Shown here: in pieces, positions 36,480-49,607 of the stretch
Numbering within the stretch: the first letter of the stretch is position 1
Layout: each line of letters opens with the position of its first letter
Origin: Octopus bimaculoides
Taxonomy: Eukaryota
DNA length: 49,607 nt
Assembly (NCBI RefSeq): GCF_001194135.2
Contig: NC_068988.1
Location: 25,082,129-25,131,735 of the forward strand
Direction of reading: 5' to 3'
Notes under the pieces: generated by a model
The model's database searches: none
Seen by the model: the letters and a program-made list of their open reading frames with translations, nothing else
What the model was told of the DNA's origin: nothing
Program-made: the position numbers and the translations under genes

Positions 36480-37092
36480 CTTTATATCATAAAAGTATTA
36501 CAAAATATACACGTATTTATATAATAAATAATATCTTATTCACAGCTCAGATGCTAGCAACAGTGGAAAAATTCGCGTATTCTGAGGAAAAAAAATTAGT
36601 CTACAGAATTTTAGCCCGACAACTGATTGATCACTGATTACGTTGATCAACCGCTTGTCAGACGATACACGAGTAGACTTTCATTTTCGACTTAATCACA
36701 CACAAATACAGAAGTTGTATGTGTGTGTGTGTGTGTTTGCGTGTGCGTGCTTGTGGTTCTGAGTCCGTGGGCGTGAATGACAAATTTCTTGGTGTTTCTA
36801 GATGCAAAATTCTGCTAACTTTATATTGATCGAACAAAAGTTAAAACCATTCCGCTGAACATTGGCTTATTCGAACAAACTTCGAACAACGTAGTTCCAG
36901 AGTATAAAAACGCAGTCGCTGAAAGAGGATGCAATAGGATCGAAATGGGGTCAAATTGCAATGACTCCAACTTTTTAAAGAAACTCTTATGATCACGTGA
37001 ACATATACATTATCTAGTATTTAATCACACATACAGAGAGAGAGACACACAAATATACAGAAGCACACATGTACTCACACGTGTGTGTGTGC

Positions 37093-37176
<84 letters not shown>

Positions 37177-37324
37177 NNNNNNNNNNGAGAGAGAGAGAGA
37201 GAGACTGCAAGGGAAACCATAGTCGGTTCCGGGGGGGGGGGGTATGGTTGCAAAACAGAAACATAAAGGTGATATGCATGTATGTACGGATATGTATGTA
37301 CATAAAATCACACACTCACACACA

Positions 37325-37480
37325 CAGCAGGATCCTTTCAGTTTCCCCTCTACAAATCCACTCACAAGGCGTTGGTCAGCCAGAAGCTATAGTAGAAACC
37401 ACTTGCTTAAAGTATCACGTAGTGGGACTGAACCCGGAACGATGTTGTTCGGAATGAAGCTTCTTACCACACATCCTCGT
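37325..37480 (-). mobile_element. SINE family B 5' half
   Basis: CTTTCAGTTTCC..TACAAATCCACTCACAAGGC...CTATAGTAGAA..CACTTGC...GTGGGACTGAACCCGGAAC..CTTACCACACATCC. Confidence 0.85.
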
Positions 37481-37521
37481 CAGTGTGTATGTGTTCCAAT
37501 TTGTACCTGTAATACTAATAA

Positions 37522-37564
<43 letters not shown>

Positions 37565-37579
37565 TTGTGTGTGTGTGTA

Positions 37580-37621
<42 letters not shown>

Positions 37622-38189
37622 TATTTATAAAACGGCCATATTAGACGCAATTCGTGACACAACACTTTTGAATATCTGTTCTGAAACTGATCAAGTGTGT
37701 TCCTATATTTTAAACTAAAATTAAATTATAATTAGTTCTAATGTATTCTGTGAGCATTCTCACCTTCGTTTCTTCTTCCATTCTTCCACTTGTTATGGAT
37801 GTGTATTTATTTCTGTTTGTAAATAGACACTCTTAGATACATATTAAGAAACATAGCTCTAAATTTATATTCATGGGATGATCGTATTTCTGTAGGAGCG
37901 ATATACATCTAGACCAGCCTTAAATCTTTATTAGATAGATATTCGTTTTTACGAGAAAGAATAAAAAACAAAAAACAAAAAGAAGTATCTCATAAATTCG
38001 AAATCTAATTTGTATTATTTTGGCGAAATCATTCGTGAAGAAGTGCTCGAGAGATATAGAAGTGACACGGGAATAGTATTTTATTCTTGAAGAGGAGTTT
38101 TGTATGAATAGAAGACACTAAGGAACCATTTATGTTAATTACTGATTATTACTCTATTAAGTAAGCGACTGTCTGTGTGCACGTGTGTA

Positions 38190-38229
<40 letters not shown>

Positions 38230-38239
38230 NNNNNNNNNN

Positions 38240-38274
<35 letters not shown>

Positions 38275-39578
38275 ACACACACACATGTAGACATACATAC
38301 ATTCATGCATACATACATGCATATATACATATATTCGCACACAGGCACACAAATACATACACGCATACATAATTATATAATGGGTCATATCCATACAGAG
38401 GGTTATTTATCGGTATGTATGCGTATATGTTTGTGTGTATATGCCCGTGTGTATGTGCGTTTGTTTAAGTGTCAAATCAAATTATTTCCTACAGAGTGCA
38501 ATTACACAGCTTATATATCACCAAGTGGGCGATTTTATTTATTTATTTATTTATTTATTGTATATGAAGGAGCATTTCCTGATCGACTCTCATAAATTTG
38601 CAAATACACGTGTATTCAATATTTTAGGATATATTATACAAGTTTGATACTATTGCTGCCGTTTGTAGCCAAGGCGTAAGCCCCTATGCTCTGCTTTTTT
38701 TTTTTGGAGCTTGAGAAGGCCTTTAATAGGACTCTCCACATCACGTTCTGGCTGGTCACTAGAAAAAAACTTCGATCACACGAATGGAATGTGTGAGCTA
38801 TGAAACCTATGCATAAACGTACAGTGAGAAAGGTGCGCGCAATGTGAAGATTAGTAATAAGTATATCGATAAATTCCAAGCGAAGCTGATTGTATACCCT
38901 AGCCCATTCTTCTGTCCTTTTCTATTCATTATACTTCTACAAAACATAGCGGAATAGTTTGATAACATATAAACATCAATTTAAAATCTTATCAGTTGAA
39001 TCCTATATGTGAGAATTTTACCGGATTAAAGCCCATATTATAATATTGATCTTATTAAGAAACTAAAATGTACAATTTATTGTTAATTTCAGTTTGTGGG
39101 TGAAGCATATTCTGTTTTGTTTTATGGTGTATATTCTAGTTATTTTGATATCGATATCTAATTTGTATTCCACAACAGAATATTCCTTTGCTATCTGTCA
39201 CCTAAGAATCAATTAAGAAAACAGAGAAAATAAAAATAATCAAGATTAATTACGAAATATTACGGCAAAATTCAATTATTTTTCAATTCTGAAATTTATC
39301 GATTTTTAGATTAATCTTGTTAACCTTGATTAATTGCAATTATATTTTACACTTTTCAAGTTTTATTTTTAGTTGCATATCATTCAACGATTTTTGACAT
39401 ATTGCCATAAATATACAACCATGCATATATTGCGAAACCCGATACATCAACACAGACTCTTTCGCACACCGGCACTCACTATCACACACACATACATACA
39501 TGCACAATGTGTATGTATATGTTAATAATATTCTCAGTATATGTCAAATATGATAGATTGCTTAGACACATAGACATC

Positions 39579-39643
<65 letters not shown>

Positions 39644-41867
39644 TAGAGGGAGAAGGGAAGGAGATACATAGAAATATGCGTTTTTCTTTGTCTCGCTTTA
39701 TTTTCCCTACTTCTATGCCTACACACATATAGATACACAAACACACACACACCTACACATATACATACACACACATTTCCACACAAACGGACACACTATT
39801 ACATACATCAGGTTTCCATATACGTATGTAAAGAAATCTTATTACGCCGAAGTGCGTTTGTGTGGGTGTGTGTGAGTTGTCTTGTGTATGTGCGTGTGTG
39901 TGTGTGTGCGTGCATATGTGAACGTATGTGTTTCGGTATAGTTATTCCTGTCAGCAAAGCAAAATAGGAAATAATTCTTTATTTAGTAAAACATACTTAA
40001 ACTAATGTTACTTCTTGAAAGGATGCTATTTTCTCTTACATACTTATAACTATTTAGATCCAATATATTTAGGAATAAAACGTCTAGATACACTTACATA
40101 CAAAGATGCAGGCAAACGCGGAAACACTTGTACTCACATGTGCTCATATATATATACACATACGCACACACGCGTACGCATACACACGCATATTCAAAAC
40201 AACACACAAACATGTAGCTTTTCTTTTAGACATATATTAAAAGCACGAGTGTGTTCTACGTCTGACATTTTTCTGTCAAAAATATTCTCTGTCCTGTGTT
40301 TGGGACAATAAGTTCCAGTTTCTATTATTCAGGGTTTAAGCAGTCATTATTTTATATATTGTATGACATTAGCGTTGATTTATACTCCTGTATGTCCTAC
40401 AAGGGGAATACGAACGGTGTACGCACTAACAGCAAGTCTTGAATATTTCACACTTCAGTTTGTACGTCATTATTTAAATATTAATTTATATTTGTGGTAA
40501 GTCAATATCATCTCTTTATACATGTTAGCAATGCGGTATGCAATGATTATTGCATCCAACATAACTCTTAATATTTTGATATTTAACTGCATTTCGTGCG
40601 TGTAAATCCGTCAAAAAAACTACTAATAATCACTGTCATTTGTAAACCACTCTAACTCTAATAATACCCGTTCATTAATGACACTCTACCATCAGTTTGC
40701 TATCTCTTTATCATATACAGTATGGGTACCCCAAAACAACCCGTAAGTATTTTCCGCTTCTTTGATGAAGACATACACAGATAAACTTTATTCCCATTAC
40801 TCTGTCGGATACGTAGTTGTTCGTTTTTGGTGAGGTGAGAATTCTGTTTATTTATATATATTTTTGGGACAATATTGTGCTGATGAACGAAATCTAGATT
40901 CATTCTAGTAATCGCGAAATCGGTCGATACACAGTTAAGTCTATTTAAAATAAAGTTGGTAATCTTCTGTTGGTTGTTTTTTCCTCGCATTAGGTACTAA
41001 ATGTGGTTATTTTGAGAAGTCCACTGTGTGGCGTTATTATTTTTCTGTAATAATGCCCTTTATATAAATACAAACGAATAATTATATTCTTGGGAATAGA
41101 AATTTCCCTTATGAATTTTTTTACACACTGGCTTCTTGATAAAATTCTTGTAAANNNNNNNNNNNNNNNNNNNNNNNNNNNNNNNNNNNNNNNNNNNNNN
41201 NNNNNNNNNNNNNNNNNNNNNNNNNNNNNNNNNNNNNNNNNNNNNNNNNNNNNNNNNNNNNNNNNNNNNNNNNNNNNNNNNNNNNNNNNNNNNNNNNNNN
41301 NNNNNNNNNNNNNNNNNNNNNNNNNNNNNNNNNNNNNNNNNNNNNNNNNNNNNNNNNNNNNNNNNNNNNNNNNNNNNNNNNNNNNNNNNNNNNNNNNNNN
41401 NNNNNNNNNNNNNNNNNNNNNNNNNNNNNNNNNNNNNNNNNNNNNNNNNNNNNNNNNNNNNNNNNNNNNNNNNNNNNNNNNNNNNNNNNNNNNNNNNNNN
41501 NNNNNNNNNNNNNNNNNNNNNNNNNNNNNNNNNNNNNNNNNNNNNNNNNNNNNNNNNNNNNNNNNNNNNNNNNNNNNNNNNNNNNNNNNNNNNNNNNNNN
41601 NNNNNNNNNNNNNNNNNNNNNNNNNNNNNNNNNNNNNNNNNNNNNNNNNNNNNNNNNNNNNNNNNNNNNNNNNNNNNNNNNNNNNNNNNNNNNNNNNNNN
41701 NNNNNNNNNNNNNNNNNNNNNNNNNNNNNNNNNNNNNNNNNNNNNNNNNNNNNNNNNNNNNNNNNNNNNNNNNNNNNNNNNNNNNNNNNNNNNNNNNNNN
41801 NNNNNNNNNNNNNNNNNNNNNNNNNNNNNNNTATGTATGTATATATATATATATGTATGTATGTATA

Positions 41868-41903
<36 letters not shown>

Positions 41904-42678
41904 TGTATGTATGTATGTGTGTGTGTTTGTTCCAAAGAAAGATGTATGTCCAAAGAAGAGTACTTTACACTGTCATCAATTATACGAATACTGCTGTTTG
42001 TTTCTTGCTATGCTACAAAACATATAACATTCAGCACCTCTTCATCCAAAACATGACTATAAATTTTCCCGACGCTTGCATTGTTACTCAATATCATTCA
42101 ATGTTTTGTTGAGTTTAAGTACCTTTTAATTAGGTATCAAATAGTGTTGTTTCCGTAGTCATAGAGACAATTAACCCATCAGTCATTTATTTTTGTAACC
42201 CCATAGAAAAAAGAAAAAAAAAACATTTAGCTTCACCAGATTGTACACTTGTAAAAGCAAAGTTTACAATGAAGAACTGAATTGCATAATCGACTAAGCT
42301 TACCAAACAACCATCTTTTGGTTTAATTTTGGGTACTGATACTAATTTCAATTAATTTACCTTGCCATTGTTTGAAGATTTATTTTAATAACATCGAATA
42401 ATTTCAATCTGTAACAGATTGTGATGATTGCAAATGCTATGAAGAAATGTTTTGCTCTGTGGTTAAGAAATGCATTAACTAAGTCTATTGAAACAGTAAC
42501 GTACCATAAAAGTGGAAACATTTCTTTCTGGTCACAGTGAAAAAAAAATGCAATTGCTTTATCTACAATGTCGAATTTACTTTTCAAAATGAGTTGAGAA
42601 ACGAGCGTTTATTAAATGTACGGTATGTTACAACAATTTTATTCTCTGGTCTATTCATTTGACATCACCAACACCCAT

Positions 42679-42871
42679 CCTACTACTACTACTACTACTA
42701 CTACTAGTACCACCACCACCATCAAAACCACCACCACCACCACCACCATCACCACCACTACTACTACTACTCCTACTACTACTACTACTACTACTGCTAC
42801 CACTACTACTACCACCACAAAAACCCCCCACCCCCACCCCACTACTACTACTACTACTACTNNNNNNNNNN

Positions 42872-42936
<65 letters not shown>
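42679..42936. repeat. (ACT)n/(ACC)n compound trinucleotide tract with a gap
   Basis: Read directly. It is the source of the poly-T, poly-V and poly-Y ORFs. Confidence 0.97.
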
Positions 42937-44139
42937 ACACGAGCGATTGAAGTAACGAAGAAAAGTAGCACACATTATATCTGTCAGAACTTCCGTATAA
43001 TTAATAAAAGTTTCACTGAAATCGTACACACTATTTGAAGTTTCGTGGGCGTTCGTTTTCCTAGATATTTGATGAGAAAGACAGCAGACGTTAAAATAAA
43101 TTCAAAATAGTTTCTAGTTCTTTAGGTCTTCGTCGGTCAGCTGGAGTCACGTTAGTTGTAGTGTTAGCAAAGAGTCATTTATCTTCAATAAATGACCGCA
43201 GCTGACATATAGAGCTCAAGGCATCTACAGAGATTTATGAACTCCTTTCAAATCCCGCCTCCGCTCCAACCATCTAACGAGAATGTTGCGCCCTCCATGC
43301 CCCCAAACATTAAGTAGCTGACTCAATTAGATGTGTGTCTGTGTGTGTGTGTGTGTTTGTGTATATGTATATGTATATGTGTATGTATATATGTATGCGC
43401 ACATTAAATGTGTATGTGTGTAATATATATATATACGCATATATATATTTGTTAGTGTGTGTATACGTGTGCATGTGCATGTATACGTATGACTTGATGA
43501 TTTTTTCGATTCCAGATTTATTGATCCAACCCCTAACTTAGGGGCTAAATGTTGATCCTTATAGCGACACATATTGAATAACAATAGATACAACACACTA
43601 AAGAAGACAACACACTAAACGGCTAAATTATATCGGTGAACAATTGTGTAGCAACGTCAACTCCTCTAACACCCGATGATGCCAGGTGTGCCCATAACCC
43701 AGAAATGAATGCGCATCAGGCTTCTTTTTCTTTTTCGTAAAGTTAATAATGTGCTGAATTCGTCTTCTTGCGTTTTGTCTTTCTTACACTGCAAGTTTTC
43801 ATTCTTACAGCTATTCTTTTTAATGTAAAAGCACGGTTGCTGTAATTCTCTACAAAAGTTTTCAAGTTTGCAAACGCAAATGAAACAAATTTGCAAACTG
43901 TAACTTTCTTATAAACAAATAAATATCAAATTCTGTTTAAACAAATTATCGATTCTTTTATTTAATTTGTGATCCATCGTGTGATTACGAACAAGCACCT
44001 GATAGTAATTAGACATAAAACACACACACATGCATACATGCAAAAATGTATATATACATACATACATATGCACAAATATATATTCACACACATATACATA
44101 TGCGTATATTTGTACATAATAATGCATATACATACATAT

Positions 44140-44200
<61 letters not shown>

Positions 44201-44742
44201 TACGCACATATATATAAATGTACACGTACATACACGCGTGCAGACACACGTACATGTATCAGCACACACACATGCGCACACACGTTAAATGTATACACAT
44301 ACAAGTATGTGTCTGTATTTACGTATGTGTATATATGTTTGTGCGTGTGTGTGCGTGTATGTTTGTGTGTGGCAGTCGTTCGTATTTGTGCTTGTATAGA
44401 AGCTTATCTCGTACTCACAATCATATGTATGAACCTAAGCGTATGCACTAATTTACGAATGAATTCATTGAGCTAATACATACATTCTCTCTCATTAAAC
44501 TAAAATGCAACTATAGTCTGCAGTGCTTATTAATATCCAATTAAGTATACAGACATGTCAGAATTAATGTTCATTTCTTAAAATTTAATAAGTTAATTAA
44601 GAGACTTGTCATAAAGCATTACACCAAAAATGTAATGAATTTCACAGAAGAAACATTTAAACAGAAACATGTCTATAAGCAGTGCCTCGTTACTTACATG
44701 GTCATGAATGTATGTGTATGTATGTATATAATTTAAGATGTC

Positions 44743-44779
<37 letters not shown>

Positions 44780-44949
44780 ACTATCTGAGTCTGCGTGAAA
44801 ATATGTATGCACATATACATATATAAATGCATACATCTTCATGGATGCTTGCATGAGCCAGTGTGCATACACCATAAAACGTACGCGAGGACGTTAATAC
44901 ACCCATATCAGTTACCAGTTGTATTTAATTATTTTTCCGCTGTATTGCG

Positions 44950-45212
44950 CGTCGTATATATGTATATATATATGTATGAATGTGTGTGTATATGTTTTTG
45001 TGTCTATGTTTGTCCCCCCAGCATTGCTTGACTACCGATGGTGGTGTGTTTACGTCCCTGTAACTTAGCGGTTCGGCAAAAGATACCGATAGAGTAAGTA
45101 CTAGGCTTACAAAGAATAAGTCCCGGGGTCGATTTTCTCGAGTAAAAATGCGGCCATGCTCCAGCATGGTCGCAGTCAAATGAGTGAAACAAGTAAAAGA
45201 GTAAAGAGTAAG
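44950..45212 (+). mobile_element. SINE family B, 5'-truncated
   Basis: Starts at CGTCGTATATATG, continues through the microsatellite and 3' body, and ends in an AGTAAAAGAGTAAAGAGTAAGAG tail. Confidence 0.9.
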
Positions 45213-45292
45213 AGTATATATATATACACGATGGGTTTCTTTCAGTTTCCGTGTACTAAATTCACTCACGAGGATTTGGTTGGCCCGAGGCA
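45213..45292 (-). mobile_element. SINE family B 5'-half fragment abutting the previous copy
   Basis: TTTCTTTCAGTTTCCGTGTACTAAATTCACTCACGAGGATTTGGTTGGCCCGAGGC. Confidence 0.8.
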
Positions 45293-45324
45293 ATATATGT
45301 GTGTGTGTGTGTCTGTGTGTATAA

Positions 45325-45377
<53 letters not shown>

Positions 45378-45923
45378 TTTATACACACACACACACACAC
45401 ACACGCGCGCGTATAAGTATATGAACGAATATGAGTTTTCCCGTCTTAGGTGTTTCGGCAATACACAGGATAATGATATGTAGATTGAGGATGAAGAGAG
45501 ACGTGCTAAGCAGTCGAGTGGATGTATAGAAAATATCTTGAGAAATAAACAAAGAAAACAAACAACTATAAAAAAATTAAATTTTCTTGCCAAAACTGCA
45601 ATAACCTCGACACAGGTATAAGCAGTCAGAGGTCTAAGAACTCAAAAAGGAAATACCAATTTGTTTTGAATGAGGGAAGTATTAAAATAATTAAATCAGT
45701 GTGTGTACTTTAAGGTCAATAACCCTTTTTTGCCTGTGTGCCTGCATTAGTGTAGAGTAAAAGGGTCTTCGTCGGGGTTATATGTCTGGTTGGATTATAA
45801 AGCCTGCAGAGAGGGAAATATGCAAAAATTCATGGTTGATGAAGAGGAAATCTTAATAGTGGTTTGAGGCTGGAAATATCAGGAAGGATGTTCTGAATAC
45901 TTAATTTTATAAGAGATATTTTA

Positions 45924-46374
45924 TTACAAGGAAAAATGCGAGCAAGAGAAATAATATTCTTAAGATTATAAATCTGGAAAAGTACAGGACAAGTTAATAC
46001 ACCTGGAAAAGTTCAGGACAATTTATTACATCTAGTAAAGTACAGAACAAGAAATTTTTTACGTAAAATATTGCAGCTGATAAAATTTTAAATAAAATAT
46101 TTAGATTTAGATAATACTAGCTTTTATTAAAACTAAAAAAATTATTATAGGTTATTATTTCTGTTTGTTATTACTTCTTTTAAAAATTTTAAATAACTCA
46201 ATCAAAATATTTTATCCTTAGCTGCAATATCTTATGTAAACATTTTCTTCTTCTGTACTTTACCAGATGTAATTAGTTGTCCTGAACTTTTCCAAGTCTA
46301 ATAACTTGTCCTGTACGTTTCTAGATTTATAATCTTAAGAATATTATGAGTCATGCTCGCATTTTTCCATGTAA
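45924..46374. mobile_element. Fold-back/MITE-like element with ~165-bp inverted arms
   Basis: 45924-46090 and 46204-46374 are reverse complements, roughly 80% identical by eye, around an AT-rich spacer. The arms contain 29-bp tandem subrepeats. Confidence 0.85.
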
Positions 46375-46748
46375 TCCATGTTTTTTCCAGGCTGTTCTGT
46401 TATGCTAATTAATAATGTGTCAAATGTGTCAATTAGCGGTGTTGTTGAACATTTTTTCCTCACCTCAATGATGCTGGTGACATATATGAAAAGTCTCCTA
46501 GAACTATATCCATATAAAAGTATAAATCTATATTATCACCCTCAGATTTGAGAAACACACACTCAACGTTTTTTTCTTTTAAAATTTCCTTGCATGAGAT
46601 TGATACCAGGAAATTCCTCGAATTGAGCTCTATAATTTAAGCTTAATTAAAATATAGTTTGTTTTTAAAATATAAAAAAAAAGTCACGATATGTTAAAGT
46701 GCAAAAATTAAGAATTAATAAAGTACTAATTACATTTGATAGATTATA

Positions 46749-46955
46749 TACCAGGGGGTGTTGAAAAGCTCCTGGCTTTAGGTAAAAGAAAATGCAGGAG
46801 TGTCAATTAATTATGATTTTATTTAACATATTTCCCTCTCAGAGTCACATACTTATTGCAACGGTACTTCAGTTTTCTAAGCCCAGTTAAAGAATTCGGA
46901 AGGATGAATCTCCAACCAAATCTTTCGCGACACCATTAAAACCAATATTACGGCG
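46749..46955. mobile_element. Mariner-derived MITE, second copy
   Basis: TA-CCAGGGGGTGTTGAAAAGCTCCTGGCTTT terminus; the body is co-linear with the reverse complement of 18001-18206 (e.g. TTCAGTTTTCTAA, CCCTCTCAGA). Confidence 0.75.
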
Positions 46956-47282
46956 GCTAGAGGATTACTTTGTAATATGAACGTTTATGTTTCGTACGTT
47001 AAGGCTTCATCAGAGATTTAGGATATCTGCCCAGTAATCGAAATCGACAGTAACATTGTATACTATCAAATATTGAATACATCTGGTTGTGATCCTGTTT
47101 GACAAAGTTACTAAATAGTAATGTGTATCCTGAAGGTGAACTCCTAGATTGCATGACAATATTGTTTACTCTGGGTTTGTTATCCTGTCTTGGTTGGTTT
47201 AGACTGTCATATTCATTAGTAAATAAAATAAATGCCATGCAAACTATCGTATATATTCCTTATCTACTCTAGACACACAGCC

Positions 47283-47472
47283 CAAAACTTTTGGGGAGGG
47301 CACCAGTCGATTAGATCGATCTCCAGTACGCAACTGGTACTTAGCTTATAGAGCTCGAAAGGATGAAAAGCAAAGTCGAACTCGGCGGAATTTGAATTCA
47401 GAACGTAAAAGACAGAGGAAATACCACTAAGCATTATACCCGGCGTGCTAATGTTTCTGCGATCTCGTTGCC
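47283..47472 (-). mobile_element. SINE family A
   Basis: CCAGTCGATTAGATCGATCTCCAGTACGCAACTGGTACTT...AAAGTCGAACTCGGCGGAATTTGAATTCAGAACGTAAA is the reverse complement of the family A consensus. Confidence 0.92.
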
Positions 47473-48319
47473 TTCCCATCGGATATATTCCGGCCTTAAA
47501 TGTCTGTAGTGTTTTGCGTGTGTAAGAAATCATTGTTACGGCTGCTTCGACTACATGAATTAGAACACTCAGGTTATTTTGATGTTGAACAATATACTCA
47601 CTGACACACGGGTGAAAGAAAATGAAAATGCCCACTCAACAAATACTCACTCACACATAGATAAATGTAAGTGAAACTGTAATACATAAACATTAAACAT
47701 TGTTTTCAAAGCAATTTGTTCTTATCTTTTAAAATTAAAATCAGTCATAAAGAAAGTGATTAAGTTACAATGCACTTCTATAGAAATTAATTTCTTGATT
47801 TATATCCCCAGATGATATGAAAATAAATTGAAAATATATTTCATTTAAGAAATAATTTGTTTGTATAATTAAAAATAATTAATCGGTATTAAATTTCGAT
47901 ATATTTTTGCTTTCTAGGAAAACGCTTTACTGGGAATATCTTCCAATGAAACAGACTTTCGGCAAATTTCGCTTTCAGTCTCTTTGTTTTTTCCACAAAT
48001 GTATATTACACGAATGCGTTTTGATGACAAACCTTAATATCAGAAACGCGCACACATATTGTATGTATGTATGTATGTATGTATGTATGTATGTATGTAT
48101 GTATGTATGTCATTATTCCATTTATTTCAAGATTTCTTGCCAATACACAAAGAATCGATTTCTAACCTAAATCCAAGGTTCCTTCATTCGAATTTCAACA
48201 TCAACAACGGGGTATGTATGTATGTATGTATGTATGTATGTATGTATGTGCAGATTTGTATGTTTTATGCATATATTCTAATGCATATAGTTACTTATCT
48301 AGACATGCTCATATATATT

Positions 48320-48490
48320 TAAATGATAAACTTCTGGAAGGTTTTACAGTTTTACAGTTCCATGATGGATTGAATCTGTAGTCTTCGAATTAGCTTTCTC
48401 CTTTCTGATTTTGAGAAGCCTAATTTCTCAAGATTGGTATTTAGGCAGTGTGTTATATATCCCAGGGCTCCAATAATTACAGGTATAAAC
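48320..48490 (-). mobile_element. 3' terminal fragment of an RLE-type (R4/Dong-like) LINE ORF
   Basis: IPVIIGALGYITHCLNTNLEKLGFSKSERRKLIRRLQIQSI contains the same IIGALG motif as the ORF end at ~2710 but is a different subfamily. Confidence 0.7.
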
Positions 48491-48574
48491 CTATGTATGT
48501 ATGAATATATGTGTGTATCCATGCATACATACGCACAAACACATATAAATGTATGAATGTGTGTGTGTGTGTAT

Positions 48575-48776
48575 GCCATGATTGATCGCTAGCCACTAAA
48601 CCTTTTTTTTTATTTTCTCTCTCTACTTATTTCTGTTTTCCTTTCTATTGAAGAGTGTAGGCTCGAAACGTAATACACTTACTCACTTTCCGAGCGTTAA
48701 ACTAATACACCTGTTGTTGTTTACGCACCCGTCTTCATCTTTTATTTTGTCTATTTGTAAATTCCAACAATATATA
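48575..48776 (+). mobile_element. Solo Penelope-type terminal repeat fragment
   Basis: GCCATGATTGATC..CACTAAA...TTGAAGAGTGTAGGCTCGAAACGTAA...TTCCGAGCGTTAAACTAATACAC...GTCTTCATCTTTT aligns with the reverse complement of 19455-19660. Confidence 0.75.
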
Positions 48777-49607
48777 AATAAATAAATAAATAAGTATAAA
48801 AATGCAAATGTACACGTACATAAAAATATTCGCATATGCATATAAAATATCTTTATAAGCACAGAATACATCAAAGAAAGTTAATTCAGTAAAGTCACTT
48901 TTATACAATTGCTATGTTAAATAGAAATAAGATTGGGCACATCTCCTCCTTTTTATTTGTTTTTTTTTTTTGTTTCTTTTCTGTACAAGTTATGCGGAAG
49001 CTGGATAGAACGAATCCTCTGTCGGAGTGTTTCATGTTTTGTTTCCGTTCCACACCAAAGACGCACCCGGATTCTTTTCCGATCAGTTCTATAGATCTGC
49101 GTTATCATGCATCTCTGGTTTAGGCTAGCACCGTGAAGAAAGCATAGATCAATATGCACGTTCGAGTTTCTGAAGCAGAGTCGTGCATTATGCTAAATCT
49201 CTGCACAACACAGCATAAATGAAAAGAAATAAAATATATTTAAACATTATATATAACCTCAGACTCAGTTAAATCACAATAAGACTGGAAATACGTTGTT
49301 TCCACAGAGTTAATGTACGGGAAATCTTCGAAAGACCTCTGTCTTACGGTTTCACATTTTGTTGACCCGTTTGAAGGAAGACATACTCAGCTTCCCACAT
49401 CACATGGATTCGGATACGTACGCATATATGAGTGGTGAGAAAACTGTTAGGCCCACATTCCGTTCACTTCTTGCCGCACATGAGTACTATGGCAAAAATG
49501 CATTTACTTTCATATTTAACCAACAATGCTGTTGTAGAGTATATATATCTGTGCATGCATACACACACACACACACACACTTATATATATATACATATAT
49601 ATATATA

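Noticed and set aside
40700-40990. 96-aa minus-strand ORF, plus a possible 22-nt plus-strand micro-exon at 40721-40742 (TATACAG...GTAAGT)
   Set aside because: The ORF length is within chance expectation and has no motif. The micro-exon is not a multiple of three and has no supporting neighbours.
43530-43544. CCCCTAA-C-TTAGGGG palindrome of telomere-like units
   Set aside because: It has single units only, in the opposite order to a telomere fusion signature, so it is a chance short palindrome.
152-49159. Dozens of ORFs rich in CV, YI, HT or homopolymeric runs, and all X-containing long ORFs
   Set aside because: They are translations of dinucleotide or trinucleotide microsatellites or read-through of N gaps, not genes.
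49000-49195. Short stems (ATAGAAC/GTTCTAT, ATGCACG/CGTGCAT) suggesting a structured RNA or pre-miRNA
   Set aside because: The stems are interrupted by large bulges and match no RNA family I recognise.

Overview
This is eukaryotic, AT-rich, microsatellite-dense genomic DNA with ten assembly gaps (about 5 kb of N). The repeat landscape is two tRNA-derived SINE families, Dong/R4 and RTE LINEs, a Penelope-like element, and mariner and Tigger remnants. It fits a coleoid cephalopod, most likely Octopus; this is inferred from remembered repeat families, not from a database search. I recognise no intact host protein-coding gene, rRNA, tRNA or CRISPR array, so the window reads as intergenic or deep-intronic. 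Almost all long ORFs in the supplied track are artefacts of microsatellites or N gaps, and the real coding signals are decayed transposon proteins. The items most worth following up are: (1) hammerhead-ribozyme-shaped motifs, two of them in Penelope-type terminal repeats sharing a non-canonical core; (2) a ~450-bp fold-back element with 29-bp internal subrepeats; (3) an ORF1-only LINE remnant with an A42 tract, fused behind a SINE head; (4) a consensus RFX X-box; (5) a few unexplained unique islands. I found no convincing new multi-gene system.
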